Shown here piece by piece: positions 46,685-55,499 of a stretch of DNA of 64,000 nt (the first letter of the stretch is position 1; each line of letters opens with the position of its first letter). The notes beneath the pieces are model-generated. The model did no database searches, had not been told where the DNA came from, and was given only the letters and a program-made list of their open reading frames with translations. This DNA comes from Alphaproteobacteria bacterium UBA2964. GTDB lineage: Bacteria > Pseudomonadota > Alphaproteobacteria > MPNO01 > UBA2964. The position numbers and the translations under genes are program-made. The stretch spans positions 14,426 to 78,425 of the forward strand of contig CAJJCG010000018.1 in the NCBI GenBank assembly GCA_905182615.1. The letters are read 5' to 3'.

Positions 46685-49033
46685 GTGGCTGACGTTGTTA
46701 CAGCTAGCAGTGCTACCGGTATTGGCGCGGCTATTCCTCGTGTTGAAGATCGTCGCCTGCTGACCGGCAAAGGGCAGTATAGCGATGACATTAGCCACCC
46801 TGATCAGGCCTATGCCGTGATGGTGCGGTCGCCTCATGCTCATGCTGAATTGTTTGGGATGAACACGTGCGAGGCCAGTGCCATGCCTGGCGTCTTGGCG
46901 GTCCTTACGGGGGCAGACTGGCGCAGCGATCGGCTCAAGCCTATGCCCGCTTGGGGAAACCCCAAAGACGTCGAGCTCAGTAATCGCGATGGCTCCGACA
47001 TATTCTACACGCCGCTATATCCAGTCGCAGTAGATCGTATCCGCCGGGCCGGCGAAATTGTTGCCGTGGTGGTCGCTGAAACTGAAGCACAGGCGAGGGA
47101 CACTGCCGAGACTATCAAGATCGATTGTAAAGTGCTGGATAGCGTCATCGATGGTGTGTCGGCGATGAAAGAAGGCGCGCCGCAGCTTTGGGATGAAGTG
47201 CCAAACAATCTAAGCGTCGATGACATTAAGGGCAGTGAAGAAGCTTGCGATCTTATCTTTGCGACCGCGGCGCATATCGTTCGGCTCGAGACCTTCAATC
47301 AGCGCGTTACCGGCGTGCCGATGGAGCCTCGCGCGGCTCTTGGTGAATATGATGCGGACAATGACAGCTTTTCCCTCGAAGCAGGCGGGCAGGGTGTTAT
47401 CCGGTTTCGAAATGAGCTGTCAGCGACCTTAGGTGTTGATCAGGCAAATATGCGGGTTGTGTCGCGTGATGTTGGTGGCGGGTATGGCACCCGCAATCAT
47501 ACCTACCCTGAATTTGCGCTTGTCCTATGGGCAGCCAAGCGCATCGGCAAGCCAGTCAAATGGGTTTGTGACCGGTCAGAAGCATTCCTAAGCGATTATG
47601 CCGGGCGCGATCTAGTGACACGCGCCGCCTTGGCGGTTGATGACAATGGCAAGTTCCTGGCACTACGCACAGAGAACATTGCCAATCTTGGAACGCACAC
47701 GGTTTCCTATGTGCCATTAGCGCGCGGCCCGACGGTTTATAACGGGGTCTATGATATTCCGGTCGGTTATGCGGTGTCGCAGGGTGTGCTGACCAACACG
47801 ACCGCGACCGCTAGCTATCGCGGTGCCGGGCGTCCGGAATCAATGTTTCTGATCGAGCGGCTGGTTGATATGGCAGCGCAGGAAACCGGAATTGATCGGG
47901 TGTTGCTGCGTCGTCGTAATATGATCCCTGAAGTGGCGCTTCCTTATACCAACGCGTTTGACGTCACCTATGACAGCGGTATGTTTTCGGTCAGCATGGA
48001 GCGCGCCATGGCGCTGGTTGACTGGGATGGGTTTGCGACACGTCAACGTGCTGCGAAAAAGGAAGGCCGTCTCGTTGGTATTGGGCTAGCCAATTATATT
48101 GAAACTGCGACCGGCTACCCGCATGAGCGAGCGGAAATGGAAATTCTGCCGGGTGGCCGTGTTGATCTCGTGATTGGAACACAGTCATCGGGACAGGGAC
48201 ATGAGACGACCTATGCGCAGGTCGTCTCTGAATGGCTCGGTGTGCCGTTCGACAGCGTGGTTCTACGGACGGGCAATACTGATTTTGTATCGGCTGGTTC
48301 GGGGTCGCACTCGTCGCGTTCAATGAGATTGGCGGGTCATTTATATCGTCAGACATCGAACGAAATTATTGCCAAGGGTAAAGAGATCGCCGCTTTCGCC
48401 CTTGAAGCATCGGTTAGCGATATCAGCTTTACCAATGGCCGCTTCCAAATCGAGGGAACCGACCGCGCATTGCATTTGTTCGATGCCGCTGCGGCGGCGA
48501 CAAGCGGTGATCTGCCGAATGATCTATCAGGACCCTTGCGGTCAGAAATAGAGATCATGGATTCGCTGCCCGCCTATCCAAACGGTTGTCATGCCGTCGA
48601 GGTAGAAATCGACAGAGATACCGGTGTTGTGACGATCTTGCGTTATTCAGGTGTCGATGACGTTGGCCGTATTATCAATCCGATGCTGGTTGATGGTCAG
48701 TGTCATGGTGGCATTGTTCAGGGTGTCGGCCAGGCCTTGGGGGAAGAATGTACCTATGATCCTGAGAGCGGTCAGCTGCTGGCGGGGTCGTTTATGGATT
48801 ACCATATGCCGCGCGCCGATGACGTCCCGTTCTTTGCGCTGGAGAATAATGAGGTTCCGGCAACAAACACTTTTCTGGGCGTAAAGGGGGGTGGTGAAGG
48901 TGGCACCACGGCGGCACCGCCGGCGCTGATTAATGCGATTGTCGACGCCCTGTCCGAGTTTGGTGTTACGCATGTCGAAATGCCTGCAACGCCACAGAAA
49001 ATATGGCGATTGATCCATGAAGCCGACGGCTAG
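46685..49033 (+). CDS. Xanthine-dehydrogenase-family molybdopterin hydroxylase, large subunit, paralogue 2
   Basis: The GTG start is 2 nt after the UbiD stop. IPRVEDRRLLTGKGQYSDD, active-site loop ASYRGAGRPE (form-II CoxL-like AYRGAGR), SGQGHETT, GGGEGGTTAAP. Confidence 0.9.
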   Translation: MADVVTASSATGIGAAIPRVEDRRLLTGKGQYSDDISHPDQAYAVMVRSPHAHAELFGMNTCEASAMPGVLAVLTGADWRSDRLKPMPAWGNPKDVELSNRDGSDIFYTPLYPVAVDRIRRAGEIVAVVVAETEAQARDTAETIKIDCKVLDSVIDGVSAMKEGAPQLWDEVPNNLSVDDIKGSEEACDLIFATAAHIVRLETFNQRVTGVPMEPRAALGEYDADNDSFSLEAGGQGVIRFRNELSATLGVDQANMRVVSRDVGGGYGTRNHTYPEFALVLWAAKRIGKPVKWVCDRSEAFLSDYAGRDLVTRAALAVDDNGKFLALRTENIANLGTHTVSYVPLARGPTVYNGVYDIPVGYAVSQGVLTNTTATASYRGAGRPESMFLIERLVDMAAQETGIDRVLLRRRNMIPEVALPYTNAFDVTYDSGMFSVSMERAMALVDWDGFATRQRAAKKEGRLVGIGLANYIETATGYPHERAEMEILPGGRVDLVIGTQSSGQGHETTYAQVVSEWLGVPFDSVVLRTGNTDFVSAGSGSHSSRSMRLAGHLYRQTSNEIIAKGKEIAAFALEASVSDISFTNGRFQIEGTDRALHLFDAAAAATSGDLPNDLSGPLRSEIEIMDSLPAYPNGCHAVEVEIDRDTGVVTILRYSGVDDVGRIINPMLVDGQCHGGIVQGVGQALGEECTYDPESGQLLAGSFMDYHMPRADDVPFFALENNEVPATNTFLGVKGGGEGGTTAAPPALINAIVDALSEFGVTHVEMPATPQKIWRLIHEADG

Positions 49034-49074
49034 GGCCGCGGCGTAAGACGCTATTATTGAATAAGGAGAATACG

Positions 49075-49806
49075 ATGGCTGATAAAATTCTTTGTGAGAA
49101 AAAAGGCGACGCGACACATATCACGCTTAACCGCGCCGATTGCGGCGGGCTGGTCAGCGATCCTATGGCAGCTGAGATGGCTGACATGATCGATGCCGCT
49201 AATGGTGACTCCAAATACATCGTCTTTCGGAGCGCTGGGGCGGATTTTTGCCTTGGTCGGGATTCCGAAGGGCGTGAACCTGGTAAAGCGCCAGATGCTT
49301 TTGACGCACGCCGCCGCAGCGAAGTCGTGTTTAATTTTTATGGCGCTTTCCGGCGGTCGAAAATTCCAGTGGTCGCGGCGGCACAGGGTCGCTCGCTCGG
49401 CTTTGGATGTGCCATTGCATCGGTCTGTGACATTACGATTGCGTCTGAGAGTGCACATTTTGCGCTCCCCGAAATGGGCCATAACATTATGCCGACCATG
49501 GCAATGTCGTCGCTGGTTGATAGGGTTGGCCGCAAGGGCGCGCTGTATCTCACCTATTCGACCGAAGAGATCGACGCACAGACGGCGTTAGCATATGGAC
49601 TGGTAAGCCGAGTCGTGCCTGAGGGTATGCTCGATGCGCAGCTGGAAATGGTCTGCGCAGCCATCGACAAAGCTCCAATGCCGGCTGTGCTCTCGGTCAA
49701 GGAATACGCAACTAACGCGCTCACCATGTCGGTCGAACAGGCTTCAGACTTCGCCCGCAATATGCATTCGGCGGTGAACACGTCACAAGGCATGATGGGG
49801 AACTAA
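49075..49806 (+). CDS. Enoyl-CoA hydratase/isomerase (crotonase)-family protein
   Basis: ITLNRADCGG..., oxyanion region AAAQGRSLGFGCAIA. AAGGAG Shine-Dalgarno 6 nt before the ATG at 49075. Confidence 0.85.
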   Translation: MADKILCEKKGDATHITLNRADCGGLVSDPMAAEMADMIDAANGDSKYIVFRSAGADFCLGRDSEGREPGKAPDAFDARRRSEVVFNFYGAFRRSKIPVVAAAQGRSLGFGCAIASVCDITIASESAHFALPEMGHNIMPTMAMSSLVDRVGRKGALYLTYSTEEIDAQTALAYGLVSRVVPEGMLDAQLEMVCAAIDKAPMPAVLSVKEYATNALTMSVEQASDFARNMHSAVNTSQGMMGN

Positions 49807-49826
49807 GGAATTATATTTTTGTTGTT

Positions 49827-49849
49827 ATGCCCGGACTTGATCCGGGTAT
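49827..49849 (+). terminator. Stem-loop after the crotonase gene (possible intrinsic terminator)
   Basis: ATGCCCGGA-cttga-TCCGGGTAT, a 9-bp stem with one G-U pair, followed by the T-rich tcagttatttt. Confidence 0.4.
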
Positions 49850-49864
49850 TCAGTTATTTTCAAG

Positions 49865-49891
49865 TGCCGGGTTGCCGGTTCGAACCCGGCA
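49865..49891. repeat. GC-rich palindromic stem-loop between convergent genes
   Basis: TGCCGGGTT-gccggttcg-AACCCGGCA, a perfect 9-bp stem with no U-tract on either strand. It resembles short palindromic intergenic repeats of alphaproteobacteria. Confidence 0.4.
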
Positions 49892-49914
49892 ATGACTAAG
49901 TATTGGAAACCCGT

Positions 49915-52236
49915 TTATTGCGCCGCCTGAATCGCCTGCCATACCCGGTGCGGTGACGCCGGCATTTCGATATCGCGCACGCCGAGATCATAGAGCGCAT
50001 CGACAATGGCATTGATGATCACCGCAGGGGCTGGGGTGGTACCACTTTCGCCGCCTGATTTAACGCCGAGTGGATTCTGTGGGCTCAGTACCTCGTAATA
50101 GGTGACGGAAAAGAACGGCATGTCGCTGGCGCGTGGCATCGCATAATCCATAAACGACCCTGCGTAAGGTTGCGCAGTTTCCTCATCAAAAAAGCAGCGT
50201 TCCATCAGGGCTTGCCCCGCGCCCTGAACGATGCCGCCATGGATTTGCCCGTCAACAATCAGGGGATTAATCACCCGGCCGACATCATCGACTGCGGTAT
50301 AGCGTTCGAGCGTGACCGTACCGGTTTCTGGGTCAACGATGACTTCGCAGATATGACAGCCATTTGGGAATACTGCTTCATGCATGATGTTCTCAAGCTC
50401 GGCATTGAGGCCACCTTGAAGCTCTTCCGGTAGGTCGCTGCGCTCCGCCTCAGACGCTAGCGAGAACCAGTCGATATTGCGGTCGGTGCCCTGAATGCGG
50501 AACTCGCCGTCGCCGAATTCAATGTCTTCAATCGTTGCTTCAAGGACGAAGGCGGCGAGGGTTTTACCTTTCTCAATGACCTGATTGGAAGCCAACACGA
50601 TGGCGGTGCCCGCCATGCGCATCGAGCGTCCGGCATGTGATCCGTTGCCAGCCTTGGCGACATCGGTGTTGCCTTGTTGAATAAGCACGTTGTCGAAGGG
50701 GATGCCGAGCCAGTCAGCGGCGACCTGGGCAAAGCTGGTTTCGTGCCCCTGACCACTCGATTGCGTTCCGACGGCGACATTTACGCCATCGGGCAGGATG
50801 GTGACGCTGGACCATTCCATTGCGGCACCGGAGGAGGTCTCGATATAGGGTACAATGCCGATGCCGCGTTTCAGGCCGAGTGCCTCGGTCTCCGTGCGAC
50901 GTTTCTCAAATCCGGCGTAATCTGATTTTTCGATGGCGATATCCAGCGTGTGTTCGAATTCACCATTGTCATAGAGCATGCCCTGTGGATTTTGGTATGG
51001 GAGCTGATCTGGACGGATCAGGTTTTTGCGCCGCAACTCAATTCGGTCGATTCCAAGTTCGCGCGCTGCAGTGTCGATTAGCCGTTCAAGGGCGAAGACA
51101 CATTCGGGACGTCCGGCACTGCGATAGGGATTGGTTGGCGGCGTGTTGGTGACGACGGCTTTGAGCCGTAGCGTGGCGGGACGAATATCGTAAGGCCCCG
51201 TGGCAATTCCAGCTCCTTTCGACAGTGGTGCAAAAGCCACGGTATAGCCGCCGGTGTTGCTGGTGTTGCAACACCGCATCGCGAGGAAATTTCCATCTTT
51301 ATCAAGTGCCAATGACAGCGCGCTACTTAGGTCGCGCCCCTGTAGATCACTCAGCATGCACTCGCTGCGATCCGCCGTCCATTTGACGGGACGGTTCAAT
51401 TGTTTGGCTGCGAGTAACACCAAAGGAAATTCGGGATAGACGCGATTTCTGGTACCGTAATTGCCACCAACATCGCCGCAGACGACCCGCATGCGATCGT
51501 CCGGTACACCCGCTAACAAAGCGAGTTCGGACCGGTGCCTTAATGCGCCTCCGCCACCGGCGTACAGCGCATAGCTGTCGGTCTTCTTGTCATAGGTCGC
51601 TAGGGCGGCACGCGGTTCCATTGGTACGCCAGTGACACGGCCAACATGAACCGCAAGGTCGACAATATGATTCGCTTTCGCAAAGGCATCGTCGGTTGCT
51701 ACGGGATCACCGAGGTCACTATCGACACAGAGATTGCCCTCGAGATCATCCCAAAGCAGGGGAGCTGTTTCTGCCCGCGCGGAGTCCGCGTTTGCTTCAA
51801 GGGGAACGTATGTAACTTCTATGGCCTCGGCGGCATCGCGTGCTTGAGCGGCGGTTTCGGCAACCACCATCACGACGGCTTCGCCAGCGATGTGAACCCG
51901 GCTCACTGGAAGAGGAAACTGGTCTCGTACATACGGAGACCCACCACCCGGTGCAAACAGTTTCGGATCAGTTCTGGAACTTGGGATGGGATTATTCTGC
52001 AGCGGTAACAGATCGGCATCTTGCCAGTCCTTCCCGGTGATAATTAGCAAAACTCCAGGCATGGTTTGGGTTGCCGAGCGATCAATTTCGGTGATTTCGG
52101 CATGGGCGTGCGGCGAGCGCAGGATCGCAGCAAAGGCCTGCCCCGTCATATTGCGGTCATCACTGAACTCTCCGGCACCGGTGATCAGACGGAGATCTTC
52201 ATTGCGGACGATAGGCTGGCCAATGTTTTTTGTCAT
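49915..52236 (-). CDS. Xanthine-dehydrogenase-family molybdopterin hydroxylase, large subunit, paralogue 3
   Basis: IGQPIVRNEDLRLITGAGEFSDD, PYRSAGRPE, SGQGHETS, GGESGTTPAP. Closest in sequence to paralogue 1. No small subunits adjacent. Confidence 0.9.
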   Translation of the reverse strand: MTKNIGQPIVRNEDLRLITGAGEFSDDRNMTGQAFAAILRSPHAHAEITEIDRSATQTMPGVLLIITGKDWQDADLLPLQNNPIPSSRTDPKLFAPGGGSPYVRDQFPLPVSRVHIAGEAVVMVVAETAAQARDAAEAIEVTYVPLEANADSARAETAPLLWDDLEGNLCVDSDLGDPVATDDAFAKANHIVDLAVHVGRVTGVPMEPRAALATYDKKTDSYALYAGGGGALRHRSELALLAGVPDDRMRVVCGDVGGNYGTRNRVYPEFPLVLLAAKQLNRPVKWTADRSECMLSDLQGRDLSSALSLALDKDGNFLAMRCCNTSNTGGYTVAFAPLSKGAGIATGPYDIRPATLRLKAVVTNTPPTNPYRSAGRPECVFALERLIDTAARELGIDRIELRRKNLIRPDQLPYQNPQGMLYDNGEFEHTLDIAIEKSDYAGFEKRRTETEALGLKRGIGIVPYIETSSGAAMEWSSVTILPDGVNVAVGTQSSGQGHETSFAQVAADWLGIPFDNVLIQQGNTDVAKAGNGSHAGRSMRMAGTAIVLASNQVIEKGKTLAAFVLEATIEDIEFGDGEFRIQGTDRNIDWFSLASEAERSDLPEELQGGLNAELENIMHEAVFPNGCHICEVIVDPETGTVTLERYTAVDDVGRVINPLIVDGQIHGGIVQGAGQALMERCFFDEETAQPYAGSFMDYAMPRASDMPFFSVTYYEVLSPQNPLGVKSGGESGTTPAPAVIINAIVDALYDLGVRDIEMPASPHRVWQAIQAAQ

Positions 52237-52348
52237 CTTCGTAAACTATTGTCTGGGCGGTAGCCGCGCAACTAACCCAGCATTCACGGAGCTAGTTTTA
52301 CTTTCTATTATTTTGTCCCGTTCAGGTTGCACTAATTTAGGGGAACTC

Positions 52349-52651
52349 ATGACTCGAATTATAGCTTTATGCGCTTTGTTTCTTTTGGTTGTTGGCTGTC
52401 AGATGAACAGCGAAATACTAAAAAATGATCCCGTTTCTACAACTCATAGAGCGGTAGTCACGGTTGCTAAGAATAAAATTTCATTGCCGCAAGGTGAGTG
52501 GGAAGTATTTGCCACCCATTCCTACTTATCGACTAAAAGTACTCCGATGCTCGCCTTCCCTTTCGGAAACAAGGATAGAAATGCTTCAATAATGGCGGTT
52601 ACCCTTTCCACAAATAGCGACCATGGTCTGGGTGAACCTGAAAGCATGTAG
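52349..52651 (+). CDS. Hypothetical lipoprotein (100 aa)
   Basis: MTRIIALCALFLLVVGC has a signal peptide and the lipobox LVVGC. The track's 221-aa ORF start lies antisense inside the Mo-hydroxylase gene and is rejected. The region looks AT-richer by eye. Confidence 0.5.
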   Translation: MTRIIALCALFLLVVGCQMNSEILKNDPVSTTHRAVVTVAKNKISLPQGEWEVFATHSYLSTKSTPMLAFPFGNKDRNASIMAVTLSTNSDHGLGEPESM

Positions 52652-52691
52652 TCGGTCAAATATACTTCACCTGGAGAAAGGAGAGCATAAT

Positions 52692-53078
52692 GTGGGAGGG
52701 GATAAAAGTTTCTGGTTTGGCAATCATTCAAGAATAACCCACTCTAGCAAAAAACAATCACTCCTAAATGATGTAATTAGTAGGGCCAAAGAGATGGAAA
52801 ATAGACTACCAGTTACGTCAATTTATTCCAGATTTCGAATCTCGGATACTCACGATATTCTGCCAATGCGGGTTTATTTCAACCCGGAGACAGGTGACTT
52901 CGAGCCACCGCAACAATCTGCCTGGGCCACGAATGATTGGTACAAGGGTCGAATATATACTGATCAAAAGAAGGTTGCTTATGTCGAAAAGATCAAGAAA
53001 TGGGTGGCAGCATTTGTCCCGAAAGTCGAAGCCGGGTTAAAAAGCAAGCTGGTGTCGGCTCGAACTGTTGTAAAATAG
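52692..53078 (+). CDS. Hypothetical protein (128 aa), unknown family
   Basis: The GTG at 52692 is preceded by AAAGGAGAG at a 7-nt spacing. Hydrophilic protein (…WATNDWYKGRIYTDQKK…). No recognisable motif. Confidence 0.4.
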   Translation: MGGDKSFWFGNHSRITHSSKKQSLLNDVISRAKEMENRLPVTSIYSRFRISDTHDILPMRVYFNPETGDFEPPQQSAWATNDWYKGRIYTDQKKVAYVEKIKKWVAAFVPKVEAGLKSKLVSARTVVK

Positions 53079-53121
53079 TTAGAACCTTACTTTACAGGTG
53101 CGTTACTGCACATTTCTGCAT

Positions 53122-53150
53122 AAAATCCTTGCTCAAGCAAAGAGGATTTT
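53122..53150 (+). promoter_or_regulatory. Hairpin whose 3' arm contains the Shine-Dalgarno of the BisC-like gene
   Basis: AAAATCCT (53122-53129) pairs with AGGATTTT (53143-53150), with an inner TTGC/GCAA extension. GAGGA at 53142-53146 lies in the stem, and the ATG is at 53151. The TTTT arm could also act as a terminator tail for the upstream genes. Confidence 0.3.
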
Positions 53151-55460
53151 ATGATGGCGACAAAACTGTATCGCAATTCTTCGCATTGGGGCGCCTATTT
53201 GGCGGAAGTCAAAGATGGTCGCGTTACTGGTGTGCAGCCGTTTGAAGAAGATCCTGATCCGTCGCCGATGCTCGCGTCCATTCCGCACTCGGTTCACACT
53301 GAAACGCGTGTGGCGCGGCCGTTTGTCCGTGAAGGCTGGCTCAATAATGGTCCCGGCAATGGCGAAGGACGCGGCCGTGAGCCGTTTGTACCGGTCAGCT
53401 GGGAGAAAGCCTATGATCTCGTTGCCGGTGAGTTAAAGCGGGTTAAAGAGACTTATAGTAACGATGCGATCCTTGGCGGCTCTTATGGCTGGTCGAGTGC
53501 CGGGACGTTTCATCACGCACGGATGCTCGTTCGAAAATTTTTGTTCGCGGCGGGTGGCTGTGTCGATCAATCCTCTAATTACAGCTTTGGCGCGGCGATG
53601 GCCTTTGTGCCGCATATTGCCGGCGACATGCGCTCGGTTACGGGGCCACTGACCTCGTGGTCGGCAGTTGAACGGCATGCGAAGAACCTAATTGTCTTTG
53701 GCGGTATTAATCCCAAGAACACCCAGGCAGCGCGCGGCGGCAATGTCGCGCATGAATTTCTTCCCTCAATGAAGAAGCTCGCGGCGGCAGGGGTGAATGT
53801 CGTCAATGTCAGCCCGTGCCGCGATGATGCGCCGGAGTTTCTGGACCCAACCTGGATCGCCATCAGGCCCAACACTGACACCTCGATGATGTTGGCGCTT
53901 GCGCATACGCTGATTACGGAAGACCTGCATGACGCGGAGTTTCTGAAGAATTGCTGCGAAGGTTTTGAACGCGTAAAGCCGTATCTGATGGGTGACACAG
54001 ATGGTCAGCCAAAGGATGCCGATTGGGCGGCGGCAATTACGGGTCTTGATGCCGATTTGTTGCGTAAACTTGCGCGTCAGATGGCATCAGGTCGCACGAT
54101 GATGTCAGCGACCTGGTCGCTACAGCGCGGCGATCATGGCGAACAACCTTTCTGGGCCTTGATCCTGCTCGCGAGTGTCCTTGGTCATATTGGTCTGCCG
54201 GGTGGAGGCTACACGTTTGGCTATGGCTCTACGGGTGGGATGGGCAACGCGCCACCCTTGTTCAGACCACCATCGATGAGCGCGGGTCGTAACCCGACCA
54301 ATTATGCCATTCCGGCGGCACGGATCGCCGATGCCTTGCTTAATCCCGGTGCGGTGATTGATTACAACGGCAAGAAGATCACCTTTCCCGATATCAAGAT
54401 GATCTATTGGGGCGGCGGTAACCCGTTCCATCATCATCAAGACCTCAACCGGTTGCGGCTTGGCTGGCAGCGGCCAGAGACTGTGATCGTTCACGAGCCG
54501 TGGTGGACGGCAACGGCACGCCATGCTGACATTGTTTTGCCCGCGACCACATCACTGGAGCGCAATGATTTTGGCTCGGCTGCGCGCGATCCCTATCTCG
54601 TTGTTATGGAAAAGGCGATTGATCCGGTTGGGGAGTCGAAGAACGACTTTGATATTCTGGTCGAGCTATCGAAACGTCTCGGCTGTGAGGAAGAGTTTAC
54701 CGAAGGGCGTGATGAGGATGCCTGGCTGCGCTTTTTGTATGAGAGCTGCCGTGACGGTGCCAAGACCAATGAAGCGGCAATGCCGGACTTTGATACGTTC
54801 TGGGAGAAAGGATCGTTTAGGATTCCTGACCGCTCGGACGAGTACACACTTTTCACTGACTTCCGAGAAGACCCGGTGGCGAACCGGTTGAAAACTAAAT
54901 CCGGAAAGTTTGAGCTCTACTCAACAAAGATCGAGAAGTTTGGCTATGACGATTGTCCGCCGCATGTAACGTGGATGGAGCCGGCTGAATGGCTTGGCTC
55001 AAAAATGACCGCTAACTATCCACTGCATATGATGTCGAGCCAGCCAAAGGACCGGCTGCATAGTCAGATGGATGACGGCCCGTTGAGTGGCGCCTCCAAG
55101 GTTGCTGGCCGTGAACCGGTCGAGATTAATCCTGAAGATGCTTTGGCACGCGGAATTGCTGCAGGTGATTTAGTTAGAGTGTTTAATGATAGGGGTGCTT
55201 GTCTCGCCGGTGCTGTCATTAATGACGATATCCGGCCAAGTGTTATCCGGCTTTCAGCAGGCGCTTGGTATGATTCCGACGGTGGTGCGCCGGGTGCTTT
55301 GGAAATTCACGGCAATCCAAATGTACTCACCCGCGATAAGGCAACATCAAAAATCGGACAGGCGCCGACATCGACAACGGCACTTGTTCAGATCGAAAAA
55401 TACGAGGGTAGTGCGCCCGAGATTAACGTTTCGCGGCCGCCTGACCTGGCCTCCGGATGA
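53151..55460 (+). CDS. DMSO-reductase-family molybdoenzyme, cytoplasmic S-/N-oxide reductase (BisC/TorZ-like)
   Basis: No Tat signal. SSHWGAY...V..GRV, SWEKAYDLVAGELKRVKETYSNDAILGGSYGWSSAGTFHHA closely parallels the BisC N-terminal region. 769 aa. Confidence 0.88.
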   Translation: MMATKLYRNSSHWGAYLAEVKDGRVTGVQPFEEDPDPSPMLASIPHSVHTETRVARPFVREGWLNNGPGNGEGRGREPFVPVSWEKAYDLVAGELKRVKETYSNDAILGGSYGWSSAGTFHHARMLVRKFLFAAGGCVDQSSNYSFGAAMAFVPHIAGDMRSVTGPLTSWSAVERHAKNLIVFGGINPKNTQAARGGNVAHEFLPSMKKLAAAGVNVVNVSPCRDDAPEFLDPTWIAIRPNTDTSMMLALAHTLITEDLHDAEFLKNCCEGFERVKPYLMGDTDGQPKDADWAAAITGLDADLLRKLARQMASGRTMMSATWSLQRGDHGEQPFWALILLASVLGHIGLPGGGYTFGYGSTGGMGNAPPLFRPPSMSAGRNPTNYAIPAARIADALLNPGAVIDYNGKKITFPDIKMIYWGGGNPFHHHQDLNRLRLGWQRPETVIVHEPWWTATARHADIVLPATTSLERNDFGSAARDPYLVVMEKAIDPVGESKNDFDILVELSKRLGCEEEFTEGRDEDAWLRFLYESCRDGAKTNEAAMPDFDTFWEKGSFRIPDRSDEYTLFTDFREDPVANRLKTKSGKFELYSTKIEKFGYDDCPPHVTWMEPAEWLGSKMTANYPLHMMSSQPKDRLHSQMDDGPLSGASKVAGREPVEINPEDALARGIAAGDLVRVFNDRGACLAGAVINDDIRPSVIRLSAGAWYDSDGGAPGALEIHGNPNVLTRDKATSKIGQAPTSTTALVQIEKYEGSAPEINVSRPPDLASG

Positions 55461-55499
55461 CGGAAGAGTAGGTGGTTTTTCAGAGACGCTAATAGGATT

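Noticed and set aside
51986-52348. N-terminal part of the 221-aa track ORF (51986-52651).
   Set aside because: It lies antisense inside the Mo-hydroxylase gene 49915-52236 and reads as low-complexity sequence. A clean lipoprotein signal starts at the internal ATG at 52349.
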